Below, one piece after another: positions 27,073 through 42,481 of a DNA stretch of 64,000 bases (its first letter is position 1; each line of letters opens with the position of its first letter). The DNA is from Paraspadella gotoi (lineage: Eukaryota > Animalia > Chaetognatha), in the NCBI GenBank assembly GCA_051294375.1, contig CM119270.1:19066576-19130575 (forward strand), read 5' to 3'. The notes beneath the pieces were generated by a model. It was not told where the DNA came from and made no database searches. It saw only the letters and a program-made list of their open reading frames with translations. Both the position numbers and the translations under genes were made by a program.

Positions 27073-29409
27073 AATTGACGACATGGGCGATTCCCAACGA
27101 CCACGTGACCTTTCGACGGTCGCCTTTGTTCGCGAAAAACTTTCGTACGCCTCGTCTTTGTGCGTACACAGTCGTAAACGGTAAAAGTTTAGGATTTGAA
27201 AGATCAGGAAGAGAACGTTTCTATAAAATGTTTGTCGTAAAGATTTTACAGAGATTCTGAACCGAAATTTGACTTTCGTCGTTAGAGAACAAGTAAATGT
27301 ATAGATTTAAACCGATAATATTTTTGGGAATATTTAGATTTAGTAATTCCGAGAAATAGTAAATCGAAAACTTGCTTCTCATCAAACCCGCGATGAAACT
27401 GACAAATCCTCGATTTACAAAAATCGCAAAGTACGAATTGGATACGCTCAATGCGAAAGCGAAATCCCGATTTAGCGAATTCGCAAATGTGAGAATTCGA
27501 CGCTAAATGCGAAAGCGAAATCGCGATTTAGCGAGTTTCGGTTTCGCGCGACGAAGCGAAAAGAAAAAGTTTCGAGTTTCGAGTCGAAATCGCGAAGTCA
27601 CACGAGAAAAGNNNNNNNNNNNNNNNNNNNNNNNNNNNNNNNNNNNNNNNNNNNNNNNNNNNNNNNNNNNNNNNNNNNNNNNNNNNNNNNNNNNNNNNNN
27701 NNNNNNNNNNNNNNNNNNNNNNNNNNNNNNNNNNNNNNNNNNNNNNNNNNNNNNNNNNNNNNNNNNNNNNNNNNNNNNNNNNNNNNNNNNNNNNNNNNNN
27801 NNNNNNNNNNNNNNNNNNNNNNNNNNNNNNNNNNNNNNNNNNNNNNNNNNNNNNNNNNNNNNNNNNNNNNNNNNNNNNNNNNNNNNNNNNNNNNNNNNNN
27901 NNNNNNNNNNNNNNNNNNGCGCTTCCAACGCGGGACACGAAATCGGCACCAGAGGCGGAGAAGGAAGGAGACACTTTCGGGAGGCGTGACTTGTTATAAT
28001 ACGGAAGGAACGTCCTCACATCCGGGGGATGAAGACGGGGTAACCTCGTAGTCAGGGACACGGACAGTTATTTTTAAATGTCGAACGAGTCTTGAAAGAA
28101 CTGTTTTCTCTTCATTTGAGTTGTCAGAAAACCGATTTAGACTTGACCTGTTGGATCTTTCTTGTGGACTCTTTAGACATGTCAAAGTAAACATGTCATG
28201 TCAACATGAACATTATTTTATCATTTAACAATTCACCTATCTTGCCTCTGTTCGATCAATTTGACCGAGTGATGGTTTGTTAAGGCTTCCATCTCCATTG
28301 CAAGATGATGACATCGCAGGAGCCTGAGTGCCAGCCTGCCAGGTTTTCAATTCAATGAAGTAGTATAACCTTCTAATCTAATTATTTATTTATATATTTA
28401 TTTAGTTATAACAGATTTCAATTAAACAAAAGGACCACTTCTTTTAGTTTTAAAACATTATTCCTGCGACACCGAAGTTTAACGAAAATATATGATAGAA
28501 ATAATAGGGAAACGACCACACGGAGATTCTTTGTTGTCTTTGTCTGCAGTGAATACAGTTGATTCCGATCGATCCAATAGAGAACAAGAGCCTAATCGCT
28601 CTGCCCTTTCTACTGTATCACGTCTCTTGGTTTACGCGGAAGATTGATCGATGACTATGAATCATGAGGTCTCTCTCTCTCTCTCTCTNNNNNNNNNNNN
28701 NNNNNNNNNNNNNACCCAGCACATTCGCTTTCCCAATTTCGACTCTCCCTTCCCTCTTTCCCTCCCCTATTCCTAAACCTCCCCTACCGCAACGGCCTTC
28801 CCCCACCGCCCGCCCCCACGCAAATTCCCACCACCCCCTTCTCTTTCCCATATTACATCCTTCATACACTCATCCACCGGTTTCCATCTCTTTCAATCTT
28901 ACCCATCGAAGGCGCCGATCTCCCATTGTTTTTCGTACAGAGGATGATTTGTCGCCAAATCGCGTTCTTTTTTTATTTCTTCTTTCTCTCTCTACTCCTC
29001 TCTCTCTCTCTCTCTCTCCTTCTCATCTCTCTTCTCTCTTCTCTCTCTCTCTCTCTCCTCTCTGCTCTCCTTCCGTCCCTCTTTCTCACTTATTGTTTCA
29101 TTTTTATCGTCATTTAGCTCTGCAGATCGCCTGCCTTAGTGTCGCCATGATGCGCAAATCTCAATCTCGAAACCCATTTGCATGAACTGAAAATTTTAAT
29201 TTACGTTACATTTACATTTTTAATAATAATTCTTATTTCCTCCCCTCTGGTTTTATTCCCCAGCAACCAATATTCTATATACAACAACAACAGAAATAAC
29301 AACAACAACAACTAAAACAACAGAACAGAAGGGAAAAAACGAAATAAATCGGAAAGGCAAACAACGAGGACGCGATTCCATTAGAGGACCCAAAACGGAT
29401 CGATATAAC

Positions 29410-29441
<32 letters not shown>

Positions 29442-30162
29442 CGATGATGACGTCTAAAACGACGACGACCATGACTACAAAGACGACGACGACGACGTCG
29501 ACGACGACGACATTAACAACGACGATCACGAAATCTCCCCACGACGAAATAAAACTCATGAAACTCCTTTTGTTTTCCGGGAAAAAGAAAGAAAATTCAA
29601 AGAGAAAAGTTTAACTATTTAATTTTTTTTTTTTTTTGCACCAAAAAAAATAATATTATTTTTGTCGGTTTTGGAATATTAATAGGAAGAGGGAAAAGGG
29701 AGAGATCTGCACCCCCCCCCAAAAAAAAAAATGTGTCAAAAGAGAGAAAAAGGTCACGAGTTCGAACCCTGAGCTAAGAGAAAGAGACTCATTGTGCTGA
29801 GTCGGCGAAGAGAGAGAAAAAAGAAAGAATAGAAAAGAATAAAAAAGAAAAAAAATGGAGACGAGTTTTAAGTAAATAATAAAATCGACGGGAATGAATG
29901 AATGAGGGTATTAAGGGTGGAATGAAGGAAGGAATGAATGAATGAATGAATGAATGAAGGTATAAAGGGTGGAATGAATAAATGAATGAATCGAATTTTT
30001 AAAGAGTGGAACGAATGAATGAATAGAATGTATAAAGGGTGGAATGAATGAATGAAAGAAGGAAATAAAGAATTGTACAAATGAATGTTGGAATCAGTAA
30101 ATAAAATTAGAGAATTTCATTTATCGTCAATATTTTTTTAGATCTAAATAAAAAAGGGATGG

Positions 30163-30194
<32 letters not shown>

Positions 30195-30672
30195 GTGAAA
30201 ACGAAGATGAGGACGACGACCACAAAGTCAACATCCGGGAAACGAAATCTACAGTAAAATCCAATTATTCCCTTGCGGACTGAGTCACCAACGACGCGAA
30301 GAGGCCGCCTCACTGTATCTCCATTTTTTCCTTTCTTTCTTTTTAACTCTCTTTTTTTTTCTTTTTTTTTCTTTTCTTTTCTTTTCTTTTCTTCTTCTTT
30401 TTTTTTCTTTTCTTTCTTTTCTTTTCTTTTCTTTTCTTTCTTTTCTTTTTTCTTTTCTTTCTATTCCCTTCGGCCCCTTTTTTCTTTCTTTTCTTTCTTC
30501 TTTCTTTCTTTCTCTTCTTCTTTCTTTCTTTCTTTCTTTCTTTCTTCTTCTCTTCTTATCTTTCTTTCTTGTAGAAAACAGTAAACTGGGAAAGCAGAGA
30601 GGCGGCGTCAAGTCGCGTCGACGAGGCGTGGACGTCGTTGAGAGCAGAGAGACAGAGAGAGAGAGAGAGAGA

Positions 30673-30710
<38 letters not shown>

Positions 30711-31287
30711 GAGAGACGAGAGGAGAGAGAGAGAGAGAAAGAGAGAGAGAGACGTTTCTCCGCGGGGCACCTCGTCGGTTGACCAAGGATTAGGATCACG
30801 GGAGATTACAATCGGAGATAAGAGGAGGAAGAGAAAAGAAAGAAGAGTGAGGGAGGAAAGGAGAAGAAAAGAGAAAGGAAAATAAAGGAGGAAAAAAGTA
30901 AAGGAAATAAGAAAGGATAAGAAAGAATGGAGAGAGAATGGAGAAATGAGAGGAAAAGAAAATGAAGAAAGAAAGGAAAGAGAGATGAGAGGATAAGAAT
31001 AAAAGAAGGATATAGGAGAAAAGAAAAGAAAAGAAAAGTTGTGGAGGAAAAAAAAGGAGAGTGAGGAACGAGAAGGAGGAAAGGAAAGAAAATGGCGAAA
31101 GAAAAGTAAAACTCAAAAAGTAGGTTAAGAGGTAAAACCGCAAATGGTGACTCTGACCTGAAGAAAGACAAGGGAGGAAAGAAAAGAAAGGAAAAACAAG
31201 GGAAAAGAAAAAGGAAAGAGAAAAAATAAGAGGATGAAAGGAGCTTAAAGAGAATTAAGAAATTGAGTCGGTAGAAGGTTGAGCGGA

Positions 31288-31322
<35 letters not shown>

Positions 31323-32224
31323 TAATTGTGAAAAAAGAAGAGCATAAATTGGTGAAATTGAGACTATGAGCCATCCAGTCAGAAGACTTTCAGGTCCCGG
31401 TCAGAAATCTCTTTTCCCTCGCCTCCACCATTTTACGATCTTCATTGAAATCTGACATTTCCTTTCTCCAAACCCTTTCTCCCTTTACCCTCTCATCCTT
31501 TACCCACTCATCCTCTCTCCCTTTACCCTCTCATCCTTTACCCTCTCATCCTCTCTCCCTTCACCCTCTCATCCCTCTCTCTTCTGACATTTTCCCTTCT
31601 CCAATATCACCCACTCACCCCCTCCACTTTTTCCGCCTCCCCCCCTTTGGCTCCCATTAGCGACTCGAGATGGCGCCGCCGGACATCTGCAGATTCGATG
31701 GAATCCTCGGACGTTGAGGATCCCGACTTTGGTCAGGAAAATGGACGGCAATCGGGGCACCCCAATTGGCAATTGCGCCAAATGGCAATTGCACGAAACG
31801 GCAATGGCGCTAAAGGGATTAAACAATGGAAAGGCTATTTGAATTTGAGACGAAAATAAATCTAAATTTAGTAAAAGATTTAAAAATAGTCCATGTAAAC
31901 GTTTTGAATGAGACCGGGCAAACATTACGTCGGTACACAATGCGTTTTTAAAATAGAAATTAAATTAGGTTTTGAAATCAGGCACGAGGTTCCATTCCTC
32001 CGAACCTAACGGTGGATATGGAAAATAAACATTCGGAAAACAAAAAGCGAATCGCTAATTTTATTTTCGCTTGGATAAGCAAAAATGAAAAATAAGCAAA
32101 AATGAAAAGAAAGAAACAAAAAGTCAATTTCACTTTTTCGCTTTCAAACGCAATTTTGACGAAACACGTCCGACGTCGAAAGAGAAAGAAGAGGAGAATG
32201 GCACGTGATGAGGCGGGAGGGGGT

Positions 32225-32480
32225 GGAGGATGGCAATGTGGTGGCAAGGAACATGGCAAAACTATGGCAAGGCGGTGGGAAAGAATATGTCAAAACTATG
32301 GCAAGTCGGTGGCAAAGAACATGCTAAAATTATGGCAAGGCGGTGGCAAGGAAATATGGCAAAACTATTTACAAGGCGGAGGCAAAGAATATGGTAATAC
32401 TATTTAAAAGAATGACAAAGCTATGATATGACGGATTATAAAGAATATGGAAAAAGTATGGCATGGCGGTGGCAAAGGGA
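32225..32480. repeat. Degenerate ~40-bp tandem repeat (AAAACTATGGCAAGGCGGTGGCAAAGAATATG-like core)
   Basis: About six diverged copies visible. Confidence 0.7.
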
Positions 32481-33075
32481 ATGGGACGATGGAACTGAAG
32501 AAATGAATGATGGTAAAAAGATGATGATAGATGACAAATGGAGTTAGATGGAAAAAAAAGGCTAACGATGAGATGAGATCGAAAGTTGAAAAGAAAATCA
32601 AGATAAAAGAGATAATTTATGCCTTTATGATGTAATTAATCTCGTAATGTCATAATGTAATATCTAATAAATATAAATATAAAATAAATATTAAGTATTG
32701 AAAAATCTGAAAAATTTAAAATAGTAATTTTGAAAATTTTGATAATTCATATTTTACGTATATTTGTTGATTATAAAAAGGGCTTAATAAACAGGACGAA
32801 GGGAAAGTGAAAAAGTGAAAAGATTAAAAAAAAAAACAATGGGTTTTATTTCATAGAATAAAATGGTTTACGACCAAACGGTAATTATAAATGGCGAAGG
32901 CAAAAGAGGAATGGCACGGTTATATGGTCGTAAGATTACGACGAGGCAAATGGCGAATGGTTCTGGAACAGAGATGGCATTGAGACGGCATTAGAACGGC
33001 ATTGATATGGCGACGCTTCGAACGCGGAGAGGCGGAGCGGAGGGGGCGTCGACGTCAACGTTATTCGCGTCGCGG

Positions 33076-33150
<75 letters not shown>

Positions 33151-34023
33151 CGGATAATGAAACGAATTAATTAGATTATCGTTTTTAGCATCCGCGATAT
33201 AATCGAAGTTAATCGAATAATGGGAAAAAAATAATGATAAAAAAATAAGCAATGAGTTTCCGAGGGATGAGGGGTTTTTTTTATCCATTAATATTTTTTT
33301 AATATATTTTTATCGTCGATAACGACCAAAGATAAAATGAATAAAAATGATTAAGATCGCAGAGTAAAAACGCGATTTGATCCGAATCTGAAACGAGGCT
33401 GGCGCGGCGATGGTCTTTTCTTTTTTGGCGGAGTTTTTTAAGACAAGGGGGAAAAAAATTTAAAAATCGTGCGAATTAAAAAGAAAAAAATATTAAAAAA
33501 CATCCTGTCGTTGAGATACGCTAACTTCTGGCATCGACAGAGAGCGCTGGAGTTTTTTTAAGCGTTGCTCTTTTTTTTTTTGCTCGAAATTCGCGCCAAA
33601 AGTAGTGAGATTACGAGGAGCAAACAAATTCCGAGTTCAGCCCAAAAAGTCTTTTTTTTTCATTCGATGATTTTCAGACTTTCCGCTGCCAAGCGCATGA
33701 GGTCGTTGGAGCGCTCTTTGCGTTTTTGGTTTGGTTTAGTTTGGATTGAATGATATAAAAGATAAGATAATAGCAGATAATAACAGATGTTAACAGATGT
33801 TAACGATACAAGATTCGGGGATGAGATTAAATCATGATGGAATATGAAACCTGCGCATTAAAGAAAAACCAGATTGTTAAAATATTAAAATTCTCACAAG
33901 TGGTTGGCAGAATTTTTTGGGCGTAGGTGGAGGTTCTGATCTCAGGGATAAAAATGGATCTGGGACAATTTAGTCCTGGCGGTCACGACCGGGGAGGTTA
34001 TTCATGGTCGGAACGAGAGAGAA

Positions 34024-34077
<54 letters not shown>

Positions 34078-35588
34078 AGAAGAGAGAGAGAGAGGAGAGA
34101 GAGAGAGAGGAAATGCGGACAGGGCTTGGTTTTTAGCGGAAACATGAGTGAGAGACAGTTCAAAGAAAAAACGAATACGTATGTATATGAAAAAGCGCCA
34201 AAATTTCATCTTTTTTTTTTCAAAATTATCTTATTAAAAATTACGATTTGGTTGTTTAAAAAAGAATCGTGATTTTCGTATGTAAAACTAAAAGACACGA
34301 CGGTTATATCACGATGAACTGTGAACAAATGAGAGACGAAAAAGTCACAACAAATCAAATATCGTCGACGAATTCATCTTCACGTGAACAAAGTTGTTAA
34401 CAGGTGAGTTTTGTTTAATTTTTTTATCATTAACTGTGAAGTTTAGCTGTCCAAAGGGAAAACTATTTTTTGGGTATTTTTTTTAATGATTCGGTGCAGT
34501 TATTATACAAAAATAAAAAATAACGTTCATCGGGGATCGAGTGATTAATTTGAAGAAAATTATTCTCGACAAAATGAAACCGGCTCGGAAATCCTATGTC
34601 TATCGATCTATGTCTATCATTGTCTATCATTTTTTATTAAATAAATCTAAGATAAATTAATTAAAGAATTTGGTCCCTTTCGTTGGGTTGAGGCAGCATT
34701 GTGATAAAATTTGTCATAGACTATAGAGCTGGGCTTTCACATTTGCTTGCCCATTTGTGAAAACTCACAATATCAATGCTTTTTCCCCAAAAAAAATTGA
34801 CCTAAAACTCTCCGTCAATTTTCAAGTTTTTTTTTCGCATCTACAAGTTTTTTTCTGGTTTGTTTGTTTTACTAAAGTGTTTCGTCTTTTGTTTGATTTT
34901 TGTCGGAGGAGGAAAGAAAGAAAGAAAAGGAAACAAAAGGTTTAATATTTTTCTGGTTTTTTTTTCTTTTTTTTTTAACTAAATCCAGGGATTTTTGAAG
35001 GAAAAAAAAAGGAGAAAAGTAAGCAAAGAAAAGGCGAAAGAATTGAAGCAGAGAGTCGAAATCAATAGTAAATGAAAGAAAAGAAAAAAAGTAAAAGAAA
35101 AAAGAAAGGAGTCTAGAATAAGAGAAGATAAAAAGAATAGATGAAATAGGAGAATATGGTTCTTTTAATAATAGATAAATATATAAATTGTATAAAGAAA
35201 TAATTAGGCATTCGCGTGCTGAAAATATTACTTTAAATTTTTTGTCCGTTATTCCGTCAGCTTCTATTTTAAAATTAGGACGGTTATCTCTTTAAACCTT
35301 CACACCCGTTGACTCTGGCAGAGAATGAAAAGGGTCATAATAAAAAAAAAAAAAAGAAACGGCTAAAATTGATTACAAGCGATAAAAATAACAATAAAAC
35401 GATAAATTGATGTAACAAAAAGAAAAAGAAAAAAATCTAAGCGAAGATCGAAAATTTCAGTCTTTTTCTGTCAAAAGGTCATCATTTTCACAGGAGAAAA
35501 AAAAAGATCACCGGCGCACGAGGCTGAACAATTTGTGAGGATATTCGAAACAATTGCGAATAACGAGAGAGAGAGGAGAAGAGTAGAC

Positions 35589-35627
<39 letters not shown>

Positions 35628-35628
35628 C

Positions 35629-35669
<41 letters not shown>

Positions 35670-36765
35670 GAGATTACAAAGAAGAGATATGGTTTGTAGC
35701 GTTGCAGAAACTTTTGAGTTGTACATCCAATTTTAAAATCGCAATAACAAAATCCATACACGATTCGATTTCGCGAAGAAAATCGAAAATAAAAATGACA
35801 ACAACAACAACGACGACAACGACGAGGACCAAATCCCTGGCCTCGAGTCGGTCGAGGATCGATCAACGACCAAGGGTGACGACCGAAGGTTGGAGGGTTG
35901 CGGNNNNNNNNNNCATTTCTTTTCAATGTCGGCGTCGAAGGTGGGAGCGACGACCCGCGGTTTTTTTAGGTTGTTGTTGTTGTTTTCCTTGTTGTTGTTT
36001 CATTTGATGTTGTTATTGTCATTGTTGTTTTCCTTGTTTTTGTTTTTGTTGTTGTGATTATATTTGTTGTTGTTGTCATCGTTATTGTTTTAGTTGATGT
36101 TGTTGTCCTTGTTGTTAATTACTTTTATCGAAGTCGTTATCATCGCCTTTTAGATGTTGTTGTTGTTATACCCGGGTTTGATTTGTTTTGTTCGTCGTCG
36201 AATTAATCGTCATCGTCTTCTCGGTGATCGTTGTTGTTGTTGTCATCATTTCTCCGGTCATCATTTGTCGGCGAGTGTCATCGATTTCGTTGTGGTCGTC
36301 GTGGATGTGATCGTCGTCGTCATTGTCATCATCTTCGTCGTCGTCGTCGTAATTGTCATCATCTTCGTCGTCGTGCCCTTCGTCGAATTTCATTTCTTTG
36401 CGTAAACGAATTTCTTTCGGTCGAAAAGAAGAAAGAAAAACTCGGACGTATTTAGTAACGCGGATTTTTAAGGTTGTGGAAAATATTGTATTTTTTTATA
36501 TTCGATTAAAAAATATAAAAAAAAGTTAAACCAGTTTTCGTATCCTTTAAAAAAAAAAGGCGTCGTAATATAAATTAAATTCTTTTTTTTTTCGCGGGCG
36601 TATTTTTTTTTTAAATTTTGTTTTCATTTTTTTATTTGTTTAATTCTTTTGTTTGTTTTAACCATCGCTGTTTTAAATCCATTTCATTTTTTTTCATTTT
36701 TTCGTCGCCGAAAGATAAAAAAAGGCGCCTTTTTCGTCTCTCTCCTCTCCTTGGGCCGTCTCTCT

Positions 36766-36808
<43 letters not shown>

Positions 36809-38985
36809 TATCTCTGTTTTCTTCCTTGAAACTCATTCCGCGTCCATGGAGCGATAGAGAGAGAGATATTTGGGTCGCGCGCTTCCTCATTCTCTTCTCG
36901 CTCTTCCTTCTTCTATATAAAAACACTGGAATTTCGCTCTTCATCTTTCCGCTCTTCCTCCTTTCTTAAGATTACTGCTTTTCTCTTCCTCCTCATCCTC
37001 GTTCTCTCCTCGCGCGCCCCTTCCTCTTCATCTTCTGCTCATCCCCTTTCATTCACAGAGAGATGGTAGGGAAGGGGGGGGGAGCAGGGATCACTGGCCG
37101 AGATGGATGTGAATATTAAAATCTGAAAGACTCGATCTCTTTTCTGAGAAATCGGAACGTTTTAATTCTTATCTTTTTTTACGTTAATTTTTATTTTTTA
37201 CCTTGTGTTCTTTTCGGCTTTATATTTTTGTTGCATTGTACTTAAAATTTCACCCTAACCTTCTATTCTTATTAAAAATACCACGTTTTTTTTTCCTATC
37301 TTTTATTTTTCTTCTTTTATGTTTTTTTTATTTTTTTTTAAATTTTTCTTTCTTTGACTTAATTTTTTTTATATCTTTCCGTTCAACTTTTTTTCTGTTT
37401 CTGTTTTTGTTTTGTTTTTCTTTTCTTTTCTTTTCTTTTCTTTTCTTTTCTTTTCTTTTCTTTTCTTTTCTTTTCTTTTCTTTTCTTTTCTTTTCTTTTC
37501 TTTTCTTTTCTTTTCTATCTTTCTTTCTCGACGGTCGAGGCTGCTTTAAACTCCGCAGCGGCGTCGGAAAAGCTGCAGCGGCGTCAGAACTTTTGCGGCG
37601 GCGCTGGTGTAAAAAATGGCGGCGTCGTCGCTGGACTTTGATCTTCGGCGATGACCATGACTACGATAAGGACGACGACAATAACAACGACGACGATGAC
37701 AATAACAACGACGACGATAACGACGACGACGAGATAATCCTTAACTTAAGGTCAAGCTACTTAAAGGAACGTATGAGAATTAAGCCTTGCAAGCAAAGGC
37801 CTCTAAAAAATAGGACAATATCTTGCCCTGACTTTGGACAGTTTTAGTACAACCAATATTGAAGCGATAGGGATTGAAGTTTTATTTAGAGACATAGGTC
37901 CGACTTCGTCCCTAAGCTCCACCACTCAAACGAAGGACTTGATATATTTGGGGATTAGGTTTAGTCCAATAATTATTTAACAAAAAAGTAATTTTTAGGC
38001 GTGTTGATTATTATTTTTTAACGAATTATTTTGGTTTTCACTAAAATCAACTCTTAGCTACAGCTGAAATATTCTCTGATACAATTTGCTACAATATGCA
38101 AATGAGAAAAAGGACCTTCTTCGTGTTTAATTAAAAGACTTGGAAACAACATTGGGATAACGCATAAAATTCATATATAATCTTCGAGTTTGACTATCTC
38201 CAAAAAGGAATAATATTTTGGGGCATAAATTTCCCCAAGCCTAATTGGAAAAAGCTACATTAATAAATCAATCGAAACTCGTTACTTTGTTTTTTACGCC
38301 GGTTAAAAGATAGAAATTTATGATACCTGAAACCGATAAGATTGTGCAGTATTTGTTTATTTGATCTCGCCTATGAGTATATTTATCACATCTTTTGAAA
38401 ATTAAAACATCATCAATCATTATAATGATAATGTTATTTATCATTATACCTTAAAGAAACGCTTTTGACAACATAAAAATAAATATTCATACTAACAATA
38501 GTATTATGATATTAAAAAGAAAAACAGTGACTGTAATCAGAATAAAGATACTAATGAAAATTCAAAATGTTAAAAGATATTATATTAGCATTTGTTAGTT
38601 GTGTTTTTTTCGAGAAAACTTAAAACAACTTCTGCCATCTGTCGCTATTACGTCACCGAAGTCGAATGTGAACAAAAGGCAAACGTTTTCAACGAGTCAG
38701 AACTTTTTCTTTATCCCCTTACCGTTGTTGGACGGCACATCCACGAATACCAGACAACAGAAATTACGTATGTCCATTTTTTCCTTCGACTTGGATGAAA
38801 AAATGCGTTTTCTTCTGCGTTCGTGAATAATCATTATTATTGCTGCCAGTGAAGATTATAGTTTACATCTTGACTTGAGTATATATGCCTCGGACGTTTA
38901 ATTTGTTTAATCTAGTCAGTAGACTCTATATCTAAAAATCTTTAAGAAAAAACTAATAGTTGCGCATTGAATCAAAATTAAAATG

Positions 38986-39461
38986 TACAGACCTGTACAA
39001 AAAAAAAAGAGGATCCCCTAAAACATTACTCAAATAAATTTTATAAGATTCCTTTATATTTAAAAATATTATGGCTTAATAAACTTAATATAAAAAAATT
39101 ATTAGTACAAATTAGGTTCAAGTTTAGCAATCCATTTTTGAACAATGATTTTTTTATAAATAATTACTCAAAATAAAAAAAATTACATATTTTAACCATT
39201 TATATTTAAAATATCATATATTTAAAATGATTAAACTAATTTCTTTTTAATTTACACATATATTCTTTTTTTAAAAATACACTTCTCCCATATCAAATTT
39301 TTTATGATACTTAAATACATCACCCAAAAACTAGCTTTTAAATTGTTAGACTAATTTTTAAAAAAATTATATTGACCAATTAAAATTATTTTAAATATAT
39401 ACATAAAACTCGCGTGATTTAAGATTTAAGAGCATCTTTTTTTTTTTTGCACAAGGCTACA
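38986..39461. mobile_element. Degenerate MITE, possibly Tc1/mariner-type
   Basis: Left TACAGACCTGTACAAAAAAAAAAGAGG resembles the reverse complement of the right end (TGTAGCCTTGTGCAAAAAAAAAAAAAGATG); very AT-rich interior. Confidence 0.4.
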
Positions 39462-42400
39462 TGATATTTTGTTTTCTCATTTCAGCTTATACGAGCAGCC
39501 ATCTCGAGATCGTCAAACAAAATTTCCATTTTTGTTTTTCAAGGTTTTTTTTTTAGTGACGTAAGATAACATTAGCTCAATCCACGTAACTCGTTATCTA
39601 ACTTTAGCATATTAAAGACTTAAATATCACTTTAAATGCTATCTCTTTAGCAGACTCAATCCTATTGCGTAACAGTTTACGAAATTCAGTAGGCTTAATC
39701 GGATTGACTGAGAGCCAATGGGTTCGTGTTGAACACTACCGTTCATAATTCTATCAGTTACTTACCCAAAATATTTTTTCCCATTCAACCCTTTTACAAT
39801 TACATTATCTAATTTAGGATCGAGTAAAATATCTTTCTAACAAAATATCAAATAAAACACGAGTTTTGAATAAGAAGAATAAGAATATATTCAACTACAT
39901 CAGGTTTAATCAGGTTTAAAGATAATGAAGCGAAGCCGTCAGCTTTTGAAATAGGAATGTTAAAGCCATAACATCCAAAACAATGGTTCAAAGTGAATCG
40001 AGGGATTGAGGAAAGGATGGGAGATGGTCACACATTGTCTCGGAGGCTTCACAAAGTAACTAATAATATACATTAAATAAATTTTTTTTAGGAAGTGAAT
40101 GATCAGTATTCATGATCGATGATACAAATATAAATAGCATACATTGTACTAATGTAGTTTTTCGTAACCCTTGAGTTTCTTCCGTGAAAAATAAAAATTC
40201 ACTCGAGGAAAACTTCACGGTTTTTTTGTCGGTTCGTGAATGAAAGAATCAAACGAACAAATAATTCGAGGTCGTCGAAAACGTGTTGAAGTTTCGTGGA
40301 AGAACGGTGAGGGTTTGGAATTTAACAAAAATGAACTAACACAAGCTGAACAAACTGATCATTGTGATTTGGACAGACGCAGTTTGGGAAAAAATAAAAT
40401 TGTCATCAAATGTACAGAGTAATTTTTTTTAAAAATGACGTAAGAGGAAAAAAACAATTGCTTTTAAAATTTTCTAATAAAAATTATTAAAAAAAAAAAA
40501 AGACGCGCACTTTTGTACAAGGTGTTATAAATTTTACAAATGATTTTCTCCAAAATTTTAAAATAATTTTTAGAACATTAAGAAATTGCGCGCATGGATA
40601 AGGAAATGAAATAGTTTTGAAATAAATAAATTTGGGAGAACAACAAACACAAAAACGTTTGACGTCAAGAAAACAACACGACTACTATTAATAAGGAATG
40701 ACATTACATCGTAATACCTATCGTACTAACAACGAAATCATTCATCGAATTATACAACTTTCCCGATCAGAAAACGACCTGGAAATTTCAAAAAGGCCAC
40801 AATTAGTTATTCCCGTTTCTAGAGATGATAGCTAAAGAATTGGATATGTCTCATGATAGTGAGCAAATTAGCACTTTTAAAAAAAATGCATTCGATTGCA
40901 AGATTTAATTATTGTTAAAAAGCGGTTTGATTATAGCTGAAATTGTTTGCATAGTTAATAATTTTTTGTCATTAAGAGCCAGATTTGTTCACCTAATAAT
41001 GAAAGTTGAGTTAACAACAAAAACGCTCACTTCATGTTCAAATTAGTGGTTATTAAAAATGTTTGATAAGCCAGTCTTTAACAATGCATCATCGCACAAC
41101 TCGTTTAAAAACAAATACAATCGGTAATTCGGGTCGCAAATAGCACATTCGGATAAACTAAATCGAAACTAATTCAAAACTTACGAAAAAATGAATTAAA
41201 AAAAAGTTTATATGACGGCGTGTCCTCAAAAGACAAGCAGCGGTGCGCGAGGCACTACAATTCCGCAAAAACCTGCAGATTACCTTAATACAGTAAAAAA
41301 TACTTAAAAATAAAGTTTTTATGACTTTGAAGAAAATAAAAAGAGTTTTTAGTCCTCAAACAGGACTGTTTCAATAGAAAGATACAGTAATTTGTTCTTA
41401 TAAGGTAATTGTAATTAAAAACCTTCAGGCCTAAAAAAGAAATCAGTTGATACCATCGTACCTATCACAAGAATTCCATAATATGAAATACAAACGCAAA
41501 GCTACTAATAAATAAATACTTGTCTCCTATATAATATCGAAATGTCCAGACGGAATAAGTATCATAAATAAATTTGAAATGGTCTACCTTTACAATTACA
41601 ACCCTAAACACATCGTTTCGTCCTAATCAGGGGGAACTAAAATAAAAACCAGTTTATGTAATTAAACGCGATTACATAATCGACCTAGGAACCATTTAAA
41701 AAATAATAAATACGCTAAAACATTCCATTTACATTTCACTAATTAGGATCTAAAACGACGGAGGGAACAAAAACGAGGGCTTGGGAAAAGGGATGGAAGA
41801 AAATGAGCGAAGATGGGATTTTAGCTTGGGTTCGTTACGGTTCGCTGCGGTAGCTATAATTTATAGTAGATATAAATAGCTATGTATAAATTTTTAGTAA
41901 CGTATTTATTGTATAAAAAATAGCAGCCTCCGCGTACCGTACGCACCGCTATAAGACGACGAAAATAGGGAGTATCAGCAATAAATAAACAAGGAGCAAA
42001 CGCTGTTTATTATTTCACTGTTTACCATGTTTTCTTTCCCCCCCCCCACGCCAACCCACAATACCTAAAAAAAATTACACCCTGAAAACCAAGACAGTGT
42101 CGAGCTCCGAAATTACGTGGGAGACCCAGCGAGCCGGCGTCTCCCACCAGTCCTTCCGATTAAATATTAAATATACATACAATGCATATTCGTATAAATA
42201 AAGACGGAATAAAAACGAAGTTTAAATTTGAAAAAAAAAAAAAAACAGGCCGGGAGCTTTTTCTTTTTCTTGTCGCGATCGGTTGGTTTCGTTGACGGGA
42301 GATGTATACATACACGCACACTCGAAGGCACTCGCTCTCTATCTTGATCCTTTCTCTCTCTCGCGATCGTTCGCGGTCCACAAAGGCAGAGATTTTTGAA

Positions 42401-42481
42401 CTGTGTGGTGTTTGGGAGTTTTTTGGGGGGGAGAGTAGAACTGTAGAAGTGGGGGGGGGTTGGAGTCGGCGACGGCGAATT

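Noticed and set aside
29750-29785. B-box-like GAGTTCGAACCC (similar weak hits at ~21595 and ~61190) suggesting tRNA or SINE
   Set aside because: No cloverleaf or properly spaced A-box could be built.
32225-32480. Repeat-spacer-like pattern resembling CRISPR
   Set aside because: Degenerate tandem repeat without unique spacers or cas genes, in a eukaryotic context.
35700-36420. Asp/Thr/Asn-rich minus-strand ORF (MKFDEGHDDEDDD...)
   Set aside because: Mostly trinucleotide repeats, interrupted by a gap, and not linkable to other exons.
36905-36930. TATATAAAA box on the plus strand
   Set aside because: No supportable downstream gene; the motif is common in AT-rich DNA.
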